Below, one piece after another: positions 19,974 to 29,905 of a stretch of DNA of 64,000 nt (its first letter is position 1; the number at the start of each line of letters is the position of its first letter). The position numbers and the translations under genes are program-made. The notes under the pieces are model-generated. The model was given only the letters and a program-made list of their open reading frames with translations. It was not told the origin of the DNA and did no database searches. This DNA is from a phage. The DNA lies in the sequence record PZ386958.1, one strand, 5' to 3'.

Positions 19974-21043
19974 TTAACCAGCACCCAATCTTTTTAGGTG
20001 GTGAGAGAAAAACTTTTGACTCACTTAATAAGCACTACCCAAAAATCTTTGAACTTTATAAACAACAAAAAGCACAAGATTGGTCAGAAGATGAGTTCCC
20101 TTTTGAACAATCACGTCTTGATTTTGAGAGTGTACCAGCATCAATGTCAGGTGTAATGCTTGAGATTCTTAAGTGGCAGTGGGAAGCAGATACTCAAGTT
20201 GCTAAGAGCTTGGCATTTGCCTTTGCACCATTTATCTCTGATGACATCTATGCAACTGCAATTATGAAGCAGTCTGAGATTGAAAACCTACATGCTCTTA
20301 CTTACTCAGAGATTGTAAGGCAATGTATTAAAAACCCTGAAACAATCTTAGATGAGATTAACCAGAATGTTGCTGTACAAGACCGATTAAAAACTGTGAA
20401 TCGTGTTCTTGAAGAATTACTGGATGAAGGTATAAACTATCGTCTGAGTTATGTGCGTGATTCACTTCTGGACAAAGACCCTTTACACTTCCATAAAGTG
20501 ATTCTGAAAGGGCTATTTGCAGTGACTGCACTTGAAGGTATATCTTTTATGGCATCCTTTGCATGTACTTTTGCACTTGATGCTCAAGATAAATTTCAGG
20601 GTATTGCTCAAGCGGTACAAAAAATTATGCTTGACGAAATCCTTCACACCAAAATTGATATTGAAGTTTTAAAAGAAACTTTAAGAGATGATGAGTGGCA
20701 GAAAGCTTTTCAACAAATTCTTCCAGAGATTAAAGTAATCTTAGATGAAGTAGTTGAAAGTGAAGAGAAATGGTCGTATTATATCTTCTCCGAAGGGCGT
20801 GCTGTAGTTGGCTTAAATACAAAGCTTCTTCATGAGTGGGTTTACTATAATGCTGCCCCACTGTATGATATGTTTGGCATTCAAAGAGATTTTGTAGCTC
20901 CTAAAGAACCACCTTTGAAGTACATGATTAAGAAGATGGAAATTGATAAAGAGCAGAATGCTAATCAGGAGCAGCAGAACGGTGCGTATTTATTGAATAC
21001 TGTTGTAGATGATTTGAATAGTGGATTTTTAGAGGTTCCTTAA
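19970..21043 (+). CDS. nrdB: Ribonucleotide reductase class Ia small subunit
   Basis: Start MINQHPIF after AAAGGAGA RBS; ferritin-like di-iron protein length; follows nrdA. Confidence 0.75.
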   Translation: MINQHPIFLGGERKTFDSLNKHYPKIFELYKQQKAQDWSEDEFPFEQSRLDFESVPASMSGVMLEILKWQWEADTQVAKSLAFAFAPFISDDIYATAIMKQSEIENLHALTYSEIVRQCIKNPETILDEINQNVAVQDRLKTVNRVLEELLDEGINYRLSYVRDSLLDKDPLHFHKVILKGLFAVTALEGISFMASFACTFALDAQDKFQGIAQAVQKIMLDEILHTKIDIEVLKETLRDDEWQKAFQQILPEIKVILDEVVESEEKWSYYIFSEGRAVVGLNTKLLHEWVYYNAAPLYDMFGIQRDFVAPKEPPLKYMIKKMEIDKEQNANQEQQNGAYLLNTVVDDLNSGFLEVP

Positions 21044-21285
21044 TGACTTATGTAATTTACTCCAAAACTGGATGCCCTCAGTGTGAGACTGCAAAGAATT
21101 TTGCAAAGGCTCGTGGTATTGACCATGTTGTGAGAATGTTAGGGCAGGATTATGAGTTATCAGACCTGATGGATATTGCACAGATGCCAGTTCGTCAGAT
21201 GCCATTCATCATGAGAACTGATGGTCAAAATCTAAAACCTGTTGGAACACTACAGAATTTTATGGCAGAGGTGAATAATGCTTAA
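21043..21285 (+). CDS. Glutaredoxin-like redoxin (NrdH/Grx)
   Basis: 80 aa; CPQC active site near N-terminus, coupled to nrdB. Confidence 0.65.
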   Translation: MTYVIYSKTGCPQCETAKNFAKARGIDHVVRMLGQDYELSDLMDIAQMPVRQMPFIMRTDGQNLKPVGTLQNFMAEVNNA

Positions 21286-21484
21286 ACGCCTTTGGGAAGG
21301 TTTGGTTGTTGATGCGCCAGCTATTGTGATTGGTATGCTTGTTGTTAACCTATTTACTGATTTTGAACAAGGTTCATTGTTTGGAGCCATGTTACTATGG
21401 GTTATCTTTGAAATATTAGAGATACAGCTAGGCATTACTGAAAAACTAAGAAAACTCGTTTCAAAGTTTTCTAAAAAGATTTAA
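21278..21484 (+). CDS. Small membrane protein
   Basis: 68 aa with hydrophobic helices. Confidence 0.3.
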   Translation: MLKRLWEGLVVDAPAIVIGMLVVNLFTDFEQGSLFGAMLLWVIFEILEIQLGITEKLRKLVSKFSKKI

Positions 21485-21491
21485 AATGAAA

Positions 21492-21514
21492 GGGTCTCTT
21501 CGGAGACCTTTTTA
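21492..21514 (+). terminator. Intrinsic terminator (gggtctcttcggagacctttt)
   Basis: Stem, TTCG loop, T-run. Confidence 0.6.
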
Positions 21515-21532
21515 GCATGTAAAGGGGCAATA

Positions 21533-23677
21533 ATGAACAAAGTACAGATTATTAAAAAGAATGGCTCACTTGAAGAACCTGATATCAAAAAAGTTTTAGC
21601 AGCAGTAACTAAGTCAGCTAACAGGGTTGGTTATAAAGAACTTCCACCAGATGTTACCCAAGCTCTTGAGTCAGCATTTATGAGGATTCTGGTAAAGTCC
21701 ACTAAGCAGAATAATTTGCTCATCTCGGTAAATGACATTCACAGTATTGTTGAGGGTGCTTTGGCAGAAGTCAACCACGAGATTTACGAGTCTTACTCAA
21801 CATATAGAAATTACCGTAAAGAGGTTGCTCAAAATTGGGATGAGCTTTACCAAAAGACTAGAGATACACTCTTCTTAGGTGACCGTGAAAATGCTAACTT
21901 TGACAGTAGTCTAATTTCTACAAAAGGTTCAATTATTCGTGGTTATCTGACTAAAGAAATCTTTAAGCAGTACCATTTAACACCAGAGGAACTTGAAGCC
22001 ATTGAAAAAGGGTTTATCTATATTCATGATTTAAGAGACCTTATTTTTGGTGGTATCAACTGTTGCCTGTTTGACATTGGTAAAGTACTAAAAGGTGGCT
22101 TTGAGATGTCTGGAATTGAATACTGTGAACCGAAGTCTGTGCTGTCAGCCTTACAGGTTATTGGTGATGTAGTTCTTTCAGCAACTGCACAGCAATTTGG
22201 CGGCTTTACTTTAGCAGAGCTTGATAAGGTACTTGTACCGTATGCTAAGAAGTCTCTACGTTACCATGCTGAGAAAGCAGCATCTTATGGTATTCCTAAA
22301 GAACATTACCATAATTATGTCATGGAGCAGCTACAGCTTGAATTGACTCAAGGTTTTCAATCACTTGAGATGAAACTAAATACTGTACCTTGCAGCCGTG
22401 GTGATTTTGCATTCACAACTTTAACATTTGGTTTACTTGACTCAGACATGTCTAATGAAGACAACCGGCTACAATACATGATTGCAAACACTATTCTTGA
22501 TGTTCGTATGAATGGACAAGGTAAGAGTAAGAAGCCTGTTGTATTCCCTAAACTGGTTTATATTTATGACCAGAAGAGACACGATGAGAATATCTGTCAA
22601 GGCCAACTGTACAGTAAAGCTATTGAGTGTTGCTCTAAAGCAATGTATCCAGATTTCTTAAGTGTATCTGGTCATGGTGCTGTAGCAGAGGCTTTTGAGC
22701 GTTCTGGCAAGGTAATTTCACCGATGGGTTGCAGAGCTTTCTTATCCCCATATCTTAACGAGAATGGAGAAGAGTTCTACGTTGGTCGTGCTAACATTGG
22801 TGCTGTATCTTTGAACTTACCAATGATTTACCAGTATTCTAAAGAGAATGGTTTAGATTTCTGGAAAGAGCTTGATAAGTACCTAGAGATGATTCGCAGC
22901 TTCCACAAGAAACGCTACGAAATGATTGCTAATATGCCAGCAAGTTCTAACCCTCTTGCATTCACACAAGGTGGTCTGTACAAAGGGACTAAGAAACCTA
23001 CTGACAAGGTTGGTTGGGATATCGTGAAGTCCTTCACAGCTTCTTTTGGGGTTACTGCGCTTGATGAGTTATCTGTTCTTGCTGAAGGTAAACGACTTCA
23101 TGAAGTTGGAAGTTCTAGTTTTGCATACGATGTTCTGGCATACATTAACATGAAAACTGAAGAGTTTAAGAATGAAGATGGCTTCCTGTATGCAGTATAT
23201 GGCACTCCAGCAGAGTCATTGTGTGGAACTCAGCTAAAACAGTTCAGAGATATGTTTGGCGTTATCAAAGGTGTTTCTGATAAGGAATACTTTACAAACA
23301 GTTTCCATATGAATGTTGCAGCAGATATCTCACCATTTGAGAAGCAGGACTTAGAAGAACCATTCTTCCATATCTGTAGAGGCGGCAGAATCCAGTATGT
23401 AAGGGTAGCTAACCCAGAAAACTTAACAGCACTTAAAAGTTGTATTACAAGAGGGATGTTGAAAGGTTTCTATCAGGGACTTAACTTTGACTTAGCAATC
23501 TGCGAACATTGTGGCAACAGACCAAAGGCTGATGTTGAAGAATGTGAGGTTTGCCATTCACATGACATCTCTGTGATTAACAGAGTGTGTGGGTATCTTG
23601 GGTGGACTAAGATTAAAGGTGAATCCCGAATGAATGATGCAAAAATTGCTGAGATTCGTGATAGGGTTTCTATGTAA
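21533..23677 (+). CDS. nrdD: Anaerobic ribonucleoside-triphosphate reductase (class III)
   Basis: 714 aa; N-terminal ATP-cone, C-terminal Zn ribbon CEHCGN..CEVCHS and glycyl-radical motif RVCGYLG. Confidence 0.85.
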   Translation: MNKVQIIKKNGSLEEPDIKKVLAAVTKSANRVGYKELPPDVTQALESAFMRILVKSTKQNNLLISVNDIHSIVEGALAEVNHEIYESYSTYRNYRKEVAQNWDELYQKTRDTLFLGDRENANFDSSLISTKGSIIRGYLTKEIFKQYHLTPEELEAIEKGFIYIHDLRDLIFGGINCCLFDIGKVLKGGFEMSGIEYCEPKSVLSALQVIGDVVLSATAQQFGGFTLAELDKVLVPYAKKSLRYHAEKAASYGIPKEHYHNYVMEQLQLELTQGFQSLEMKLNTVPCSRGDFAFTTLTFGLLDSDMSNEDNRLQYMIANTILDVRMNGQGKSKKPVVFPKLVYIYDQKRHDENICQGQLYSKAIECCSKAMYPDFLSVSGHGAVAEAFERSGKVISPMGCRAFLSPYLNENGEEFYVGRANIGAVSLNLPMIYQYSKENGLDFWKELDKYLEMIRSFHKKRYEMIANMPASSNPLAFTQGGLYKGTKKPTDKVGWDIVKSFTASFGVTALDELSVLAEGKRLHEVGSSSFAYDVLAYINMKTEEFKNEDGFLYAVYGTPAESLCGTQLKQFRDMFGVIKGVSDKEYFTNSFHMNVAADISPFEKQDLEEPFFHICRGGRIQYVRVANPENLTALKSCITRGMLKGFYQGLNFDLAICEHCGNRPKADVEECEVCHSHDISVINRVCGYLGWTKIKGESRMNDAKIAEIRDRVSM

Positions 23678-23688
23678 AACTTGACAAG

Positions 23689-23701
23689 GTGGTGTGAGTC
23701 T
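23689..23701 (+). promoter_or_regulatory. CTTGACAAGGTGG promoter-like element
   Basis: Same TTGACAAGGTG core as at 7918 and 56517. Confidence 0.3.
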
Positions 23702-23830
23702 TGATAGGCTTACATCACCTTTTTATTGGATGTTAGATATGGCAGAGAGCATCATTGGCCTGTTCATAGGTTCTGTCTTACTGGGGTTCTTTTTAGGACT
23801 CTCTTATTGTGAGTTGAGAGATAAGTTAAA

Positions 23831-24031
23831 ATGTTTAAAATATCAAAAACGTTGATATACATACTTCACATTCTAATCTTCTTCTTTGGAGTTAGTGTTA
23901 TGGTATGGGGTTTTTCAGACCCACAATGGAGTTTCACATATCATGGTCAGATGGATTTATGGTCATGCTTCAAACCATTTTTAGGGTTAGCTATAGCATT
24001 CAGTGTATTGCCAACTAAGGTGAAATTATGA
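23831..24031 (+). CDS. Small membrane protein
   Basis: 66 aa, hydrophobic N-terminal half. Confidence 0.3.
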   Translation: MFKISKTLIYILHILIFFFGVSVMVWGFSDPQWSFTYHGQMDLWSCFKPFLGLAIAFSVLPTKVKL

Positions 24032-24423
24032 TTAAGTTGAACAAAAAACAGTTAGAGTGGATTAAAGATTACGCCTCAGAGTGTGACTCTTGCGAAAAGA
24101 ATCACGTAAGATACTCAACATTCCATACGGTCTTCACATTGTACATAGGTGACAACGTTCTAAGTGATTCCGTAGAAGATGGTGTAGCGTTGCCTAATGA
24201 ATTGCTTGACAAATTAGCTATAGTCACTGGAACTTGGTCTGAAGAAGACGGTCATGAATTATTTGACAATGTTGTCTTCTACACCATTGAAAATATTATG
24301 AATCCAGAGTACATTATGCTAATGACGTGTGCACAAGACTGTGTGCCATTACAAAACTTCATTAAAGAACACTGTGAAGAATTTATTACTAAACAAGTTC
24401 CTTGTCAGGTAGTGTTTGAATGA
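24028..24423 (+). CDS. Hypothetical protein
   Basis: 131-aa ORF. Confidence 0.35.
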   Translation: MIKLNKKQLEWIKDYASECDSCEKNHVRYSTFHTVFTLYIGDNVLSDSVEDGVALPNELLDKLAIVTGTWSEEDGHELFDNVVFYTIENIMNPEYIMLMTCAQDCVPLQNFIKEHCEEFITKQVPCQVVFE

Positions 24424-24458
24424 GTAAAACAATTAAATAATATTGGTGAGGTAACGAG

Positions 24459-24944
24459 ATGAATTACATGGAGATTCGACCATTTGACACAGCTAATGGT
24501 GAAGGGGTTCGGATAAGCCTCTTCGTAGCTGGCTGTAAACATCACTGTGAAGGCTGCTTTAACAGGGAGTCTTGGAAGTTTAATGCTGGTAAAGGGTTTA
24601 CTTATGCAAACCTCTACGGCATCATTAAGTTAATGGATGATGAGGCCATAAGTGGGTTGTCAATACTCGGTGGAGAACCTCTGGATGATAGAAATATTCG
24701 AGAGGTCACCAACATTTGTAAACGTATTAAAACTGTTTACCCAGAAAAGTCTATCTGGCTCTGGACAGGTTTCCAGTTACACGAAAAAATCCACCTAGAT
24801 GTGATGAAATATGTTGACGTGGTGATTGATGGTAAGTATGATTCATCTAAACCAACAGTTAAACCATATCGTGGTTCAGACAACCAAAACTTGTGGAGAA
24901 AAGAGTATGGATGGCAAGGTGATTGTCAATGGCGAGCAGAATAA
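24459..24944 (+). CDS. nrdG: Anaerobic RNR activating protein (radical SAM)
   Basis: 161 aa; CKHHCEGC cysteine cluster; downstream of nrdD. Confidence 0.75.
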   Translation: MNYMEIRPFDTANGEGVRISLFVAGCKHHCEGCFNRESWKFNAGKGFTYANLYGIIKLMDDEAISGLSILGGEPLDDRNIREVTNICKRIKTVYPEKSIWLWTGFQLHEKIHLDVMKYVDVVIDGKYDSSKPTVKPYRGSDNQNLWRKEYGWQGDCQWRAE

Positions 24945-25284
24945 ATCTCGTCGTAAAATTGGCTACGGTAAAGGTGAGATAATGATTATCTCTTTTAATA
25001 GTGCTTTATTAGGCACTTATAAGGTCAAGACCGAACTCCTTGATGAGTGGAAAAAGTATACAAACTCACTGTTCGGTAATGTTGGAATGGAAGCTTTAGC
25101 AGAGATTGAGAAGGCGGGAACATTCGAAGTTGTTGGTAAAGGCCACTTTACAATGTTCTACAGAACAAACCTAAACGTTGGTGACAGTATTGTTGGTGTC
25201 ACTGAAGAAGAACTTAAAACATTTTGTGAAAAGATTGAGAGAGATACGAAATGGGAATCTGGAACAGTTTTAAATCAAAAATAA
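24826..25284 (+). CDS. Hypothetical protein (true start probably internal)
   Basis: 152-aa ORF overlapping nrdG 3' end. Confidence 0.3.
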   Translation: MMVSMIHLNQQLNHIVVQTTKTCGEKSMDGKVIVNGEQNKSRRKIGYGKGEIMIISFNSALLGTYKVKTELLDEWKKYTNSLFGNVGMEALAEIEKAGTFEVVGKGHFTMFYRTNLNVGDSIVGVTEEELKTFCEKIERDTKWESGTVLNQK

Positions 25285-25499
25285 AAGCAGCACTGGCATC
25301 ACTAGGTATGCTCACTGGTGTTGACGTTACTCATCTCATGCAGAACTTCAAGATGGATGAGAAACTAGCTAATGAGATTATGGAAAGCATCTACGTAGGT
25401 CGTGGAAAAGGTGGTAAAAAACAAGCACATCGACCAACTGGTGCAGCAGCAATTAAACGTGCAGCTAAGAAAGCTCGTAACCGTAAACGTAACAAATAA
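25251..25499 (+). CDS. Small protein with highly basic C-terminus
   Basis: 82 aa; C-terminus GRGKGGKKQAHRPTGAAAIKRAAKKARNRKRNK. Confidence 0.3.
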   Translation: MGIWNSFKSKIKAALASLGMLTGVDVTHLMQNFKMDEKLANEIMESIYVGRGKGGKKQAHRPTGAAAIKRAAKKARNRKRNK

Positions 25500-25510
25500 G
25501 GGTAGCTAAC

Positions 25511-25822
25511 ATGAAAAAGATTTATAACACTCGTAAGATTCAGATTGCAGTTCTGTGTCAGTTTATGGTTGAGCAACATAACGCACATTATTGTGGTACG
25601 GGATTTCTAACCTTTGGTGGTGAACACATCCCATTTAAGAAAGCTGTGAAGATGTACAATGAATCTCTTGATGGTAGTAAAGAGCTAGAACAGCTTAAAC
25701 TAACTTACAACAAGAAAGACAAGAAGATTGTATGTCTAAACCATTCTATTAAACCTACAAATTACATTATAAGCAACATTGGTGAAGAAGGATTCCTCAA
25801 AGTGTTGAAAATCTCACAGTAA
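25511..25822 (+). CDS. Hypothetical protein
   Basis: 103-aa ORF. Confidence 0.35.
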   Translation: MKKIYNTRKIQIAVLCQFMVEQHNAHYCGTGFLTFGGEHIPFKKAVKMYNESLDGSKELEQLKLTYNKKDKKIVCLNHSIKPTNYIISNIGEEGFLKVLKISQ

Positions 25823-25834
25823 GACTATATGATT

Positions 25835-25862
25835 AGGGAACTGTAAAGGTTCCCTTTTTATT
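25835..25862 (+). terminator. Intrinsic terminator (gggaactgtaaaggttcccttttt)
   Basis: Stem-loop plus T-run. Confidence 0.5.
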
Positions 25863-25876
25863 TTTATGGAGGCACT

Positions 25877-26392
25877 ATGTATCTGTCAAACCTGAAACGT
25901 TCGGCTGCAATGTCAGTTCTAAGACTCAGTTTTGAGGAACGTCAAGAGTTCATTGACTCCCACCAATACGACCCTTCTAACTCAAATCACATGATTCTTT
26001 GGAATCGTGATAACTTCCGTGAAAGAGCACTTGTCCGTTATTACCCACACTACACAATAGACAACCTGTATGAATGGTGTGTCGTGAAGAACACTATTGC
26101 AACACTGAACAATCTTTGCAGGTATACAGGTAAGCAAACATTCACACTAGGCCATCATAAACCTGTTACAAAAGGTGGTGAGCATCACTGTGCGAACTGG
26201 TTTATCCAAACTAAAGCTGATAACCAGAAGCAAGGAGATAACCTCCTAAGCACTCCTAAGATGACCTATGAAGAGCAAGAGAAATATATCAAAAATAATA
26301 TGCCAGATGTGCTTGACAACAACTATACAGATTTGGCAATATCTCTCCTGTTGAAGTTCGAGACAGTTTATAGGGCAACTTACAATGGCTAA
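25877..26392 (+). CDS. HNH endonuclease
   Basis: 171 aa; LGHHKPVTKGGEHHCANW resembles HNH motif. Confidence 0.45.
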   Translation: MYLSNLKRSAAMSVLRLSFEERQEFIDSHQYDPSNSNHMILWNRDNFRERALVRYYPHYTIDNLYEWCVVKNTIATLNNLCRYTGKQTFTLGHHKPVTKGGEHHCANWFIQTKADNQKQGDNLLSTPKMTYEEQEKYIKNNMPDVLDNNYTDLAISLLLKFETVYRATYNG

Positions 26393-26663
26393 AGAGAAGT
26401 GGGAGATTTTACCACTAGTCAGTGAGGGTGGGAATGGTTGTGAAATGTACATAATACGTGGTCATGTTCCAGAACCAATTGCACTTGAGATGATAAACAA
26501 TTTTACAGATGGTTCTTACAAAGATTTAGGAGAGCCAACTATAAAGCATCAATGGGTCAAACCTGTACCAGACAGCACAGGTAACTGTAGTGTACTTTAT
26601 CACGTTGTAGACCCTGCAAAATGCAAATCTGCAATGGCAGTAACAAACATAACCTTTGATTGA
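26385..26663 (+). CDS. Hypothetical protein
   Basis: 92-aa ORF. Confidence 0.3.
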   Translation: MAKEKWEILPLVSEGGNGCEMYIIRGHVPEPIALEMINNFTDGSYKDLGEPTIKHQWVKPVPDSTGNCSVLYHVVDPAKCKSAMAVTNITFD

Positions 26664-27556
26664 GAGAGAAAACTATGAAAACTGTTATTGAAGTCGTTGT
26701 CACCGCACAAGAGAAATTCTTCCACACAGAAAAATTTAATATCATCCAATTCCCATCTGGAGAAATTGGTGGAAACTTCTCTGAAGATTTTGTTAAGTTT
26801 ACTGAGCGTAATGCTGGTAAGGTTGACAATGTTATACTTACTGTGCAGGGATATGATAAAGATACACTGTTTGCATTAGCTTTGGCTAAGGATGCCGTTG
26901 ACAGTCTTGTCCCACATAAATCAGCGATGAAAACCGTTGTTTTCGGGTTCTTACCGAATGCTCGATATGACCGACATATGTTCAAAGGTGATTCAGCAGC
27001 ACTGAAAGCTTTTGCCAACCTCGTTAATGCAATGGGCTTTGATGCAGTATGTGCTCTTGACCCTCACAGTAATGTTGCAGAAAACTTATTTAAGTGCTTT
27101 CAGAGCATGAAGCAAAAAGATGTGGCAGTACACTTTGCAAGTGACCCGCGCATTGATTTCTTGGTAGCCCCAGATGCAGGTGCAGCTAAGAAGACTGAAG
27201 AGACTGCTAAAGAGGTGGATAAACCATACATCACAATGACTAAAATGCGTAACCTTAAGACTGGTGAAATTACTGGTATGCGAATCCTTGATGATGTTGA
27301 TTTGACCGATAAAACTGTTATGATTCTCGACGATATCTGTGATGGTGGTCGAACCTTCATAGAAGCAGCTAAACATCTTCGTGAAGCAGGTGCAAAACGT
27401 GTGGAACTCTATGTAACTCATGGCATTTTCTCTAAAGGTGTTGAAAGCTTACTTGACAATGGCATTGACCATATCTACACTACAAACACTTTAGGTGAAG
27501 CTAAAGACCGTGGCTTAACACATTATGGCCAAGTTACTGTAGCAACCATTGATTAG
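26660..27556 (+). CDS. Ribose-phosphate pyrophosphokinase (PRPP synthetase)-family protein; candidate ADPR-pyrophosphate synthetase
   Basis: 298 aa; PRPP-binding loop VMILDDICDGGRTF and RVELYVTHGIFS resemble Prs (VDDMIDTGGT ... RVFAYATHPIFS). Confidence 0.7.
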   Translation: MREKTMKTVIEVVVTAQEKFFHTEKFNIIQFPSGEIGGNFSEDFVKFTERNAGKVDNVILTVQGYDKDTLFALALAKDAVDSLVPHKSAMKTVVFGFLPNARYDRHMFKGDSAALKAFANLVNAMGFDAVCALDPHSNVAENLFKCFQSMKQKDVAVHFASDPRIDFLVAPDAGAAKKTEETAKEVDKPYITMTKMRNLKTGEITGMRILDDVDLTDKTVMILDDICDGGRTFIEAAKHLREAGAKRVELYVTHGIFSKGVESLLDNGIDHIYTTNTLGEAKDRGLTHYGQVTVATID

Positions 27557-27564
27557 GTAACAGT

Positions 27565-28056
27565 ATGAATAAGGGTTATTTTGAAAAATACCTAATATAT
27601 GAACCAGATACAGGTTTATTAATTTGGAGAGTAACCCTTTGCAGTACCGCTATTGCTGGTAATGTGGCTGGCACAAGGTCTAAGAAGGGTTATATCCAAG
27701 TCCAGATAAATAAGAAGAGGTACTATGCACATAATATTGCATGGATTATGTCTGGAGGTGAGATACCAAGTGGATATGAGGTAGACCACATAGACCTTGA
27801 TAAAGCTAATAATAAGTTGGAGAACTTAAGACTTAGCACAAAGTCACAAAATCAGAGGAATAGAGGTATATACAAGAATAATAAAACTGGTGTGAAGGGT
27901 GTAAGTTTTTGTAAACAAACAGGTCTTTACAAAGCAAGAGTCATGCTTTACCATAAAGAATACTTTTGTGGAAGATTTAAAACGGTAGAAGAAGCAAAAG
28001 AAGCTGTAATTAAAAAGCGAATAGAACTTCATGGTGAGTTTGCAAGACATAACTAA
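27565..28056 (+). CDS. HNH homing endonuclease with AP2-type domain
   Basis: 163 aa; paralog of 14752-15252 (YEPDTGLLIWRV ... TGVKGVSFCKQTGLYKARV); inserted between Prs-like and NAMPT-like genes. Confidence 0.6.
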   Translation: MNKGYFEKYLIYEPDTGLLIWRVTLCSTAIAGNVAGTRSKKGYIQVQINKKRYYAHNIAWIMSGGEIPSGYEVDHIDLDKANNKLENLRLSTKSQNQRNRGIYKNNKTGVKGVSFCKQTGLYKARVMLYHKEYFCGRFKTVEEAKEAVIKKRIELHGEFARHN

Positions 28057-28070
28057 GAGAGAGATAAAAT

Positions 28071-29852
28071 ATGAGTAAGTCACTTTACGCAGTACCAGCA
28101 GGTCTTAATGCAGATGCTTACAAGGCATCACATATATATCAGTATCCAGATGCTACGCAATATCTTATGTTGAACCTGACACCACGTAGTGACAAATGGT
28201 TTAACAGTCCCTTAGCAATTGATGGTGTAGTGGCTTTTGGTATTCAACGTTTTGTTAAAGATTACTTGATAGACCACTGGAATACCACCTTCTTTGAACG
28301 TGACAAAAAAGAAGCAATTGACGAAATCTTAGAAGTCATGAATGGTGTTCTGGGTAAAGATGCTATTGGTCGAGAACATTGGGAAGCACTTCACGACTTA
28401 GGTTATCTACCAGTTGAAGTATACGCTGTAGAAGAAGGCACAGTTGTCCCTATGCGTGTACCAATGATTGTCTTCCAGAACACTGTTTCGGGTTTCCATT
28501 GGGTAGCGGGGTATCTGGAAGATGCTTTCTCTGCTGAGATTTGGAAGGCTTGTACCATTGCAACTATTGCATTGCACTACAAACGTATCTGTAAGAAGTG
28601 GGCTGACCTTACTTGTGACAACGCCTTACATTTACCTTACCAGTGCCATGACTTTGCCATGCGTGGTATGTCTGGCTTTACTGATGACGCATTTAACGCT
28701 GTAGGTCACTTAACCAGCTTTAAAGGGACTGATAGCTTCCCTGCTGTGTATACAGCTAAACGCATCTATGGACAGTCCTACCCAATCTCTGATATTGGTA
28801 GTTCTGTACCAGCCACTGAACACTCTGTAATGTGTGCAAACATTGCTTGGGAAGGTGGTAACGAGTTGATTGAAGAAGAAAGACGCTTTAAAGGTGAGTT
28901 ACAAACCTTCCGTCGTTTCTTAACAGAGACTTACCCGACTGGTATTGCAAGTGTTGTTTCAGACACTTATAACTTCTGGAGAACTGTATCAGTCATATTA
29001 CCAGAACTCCGTAAAGAGATTATGGAACGTGATGGAAAACTGGTAATTCGTCCTGACTCTGGAGACCCTGTACATATTGTCACAGGCTATAAAGCAATCC
29101 ACTTAGAGTGTGCTAAAAAGGCTTATTACGAACACCTAAGCAAGCTGGAAGCCAGCGACACAATGTTGAATGCTGTTCTGAACATGAAGCTTGAAAACAT
29201 CAATTATGGTATTGCTGGATGGCTATTGTCAGAAGGCTACGAAATGGTTGTTGACAGAGAAGACTTTGAAGTTGCTGATACAGTGCTGTTGAAAAATGCT
29301 TATATGGTTGGTTCTGCAAACGTTGTAACACGTCCTGTAGCGGAGATTGATGGAGCTATCAAGACACTGTATAACATCTTTGGAGGAACTATCAACGCTA
29401 AAGGTTTTAAAGTACTGGATGAGCATATCGGACTTATTTATGGTGACTCTATCACGTTGGAACGTGCAAACGAAATCCTGAAGCGTTTGTATGAAATGGG
29501 TTTTGCAAGCTCTAACGTAGTGTTTGGTGTAGGTTCTTACACTTACCAGTACATGACTCGTGACACCTTTGCATTTGCTGTCAAAGCAACTCTTGCAAGC
29601 ATTGGTGGTAAAGAGATTATGCTTGCAAAAGACCCTAAAACAGATAGCGGTGTTAAGAAGTCTGCTTTTGGTGGTGTAGCACCTATGTGGGATGGTGATA
29701 AACTGAAAGCTGTAGATGGCTATGGATTCCAGAGCTTTGCAGATGTGCTTGAACATCCAGCTTGTGCTTTACGTTTAGTCTTTAGCGACTCTGAGCAGTT
29801 CGGTTACACAACTCTTGGTGATATTCGAAATAATATTGACAAGCAACTTTAA
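28071..29852 (+). CDS. Nicotinamide phosphoribosyltransferase (NAMPT)-family protein
   Basis: 593 aa; N-terminal YKASHIYQYPD..T and overall architecture resemble NAMPT/NadV; longer than typical. Confidence 0.65.
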   Translation: MSKSLYAVPAGLNADAYKASHIYQYPDATQYLMLNLTPRSDKWFNSPLAIDGVVAFGIQRFVKDYLIDHWNTTFFERDKKEAIDEILEVMNGVLGKDAIGREHWEALHDLGYLPVEVYAVEEGTVVPMRVPMIVFQNTVSGFHWVAGYLEDAFSAEIWKACTIATIALHYKRICKKWADLTCDNALHLPYQCHDFAMRGMSGFTDDAFNAVGHLTSFKGTDSFPAVYTAKRIYGQSYPISDIGSSVPATEHSVMCANIAWEGGNELIEEERRFKGELQTFRRFLTETYPTGIASVVSDTYNFWRTVSVILPELRKEIMERDGKLVIRPDSGDPVHIVTGYKAIHLECAKKAYYEHLSKLEASDTMLNAVLNMKLENINYGIAGWLLSEGYEMVVDREDFEVADTVLLKNAYMVGSANVVTRPVAEIDGAIKTLYNIFGGTINAKGFKVLDEHIGLIYGDSITLERANEILKRLYEMGFASSNVVFGVGSYTYQYMTRDTFAFAVKATLASIGGKEIMLAKDPKTDSGVKKSAFGGVAPMWDGDKLKAVDGYGFQSFADVLEHPACALRLVFSDSEQFGYTTLGDIRNNIDKQL

Positions 29853-29865
29853 AAGTATATGATAA

Positions 29866-29889
29866 GAGGCTCCTACGGGAGCCTTTTTA
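29866..29889 (+). terminator. Intrinsic terminator (gaggctcctacgggagccttttt)
   Basis: Stem-loop plus T-run. Confidence 0.6.
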
Positions 29890-29905
29890 ATTTCTGGAGA
29901 AGATT

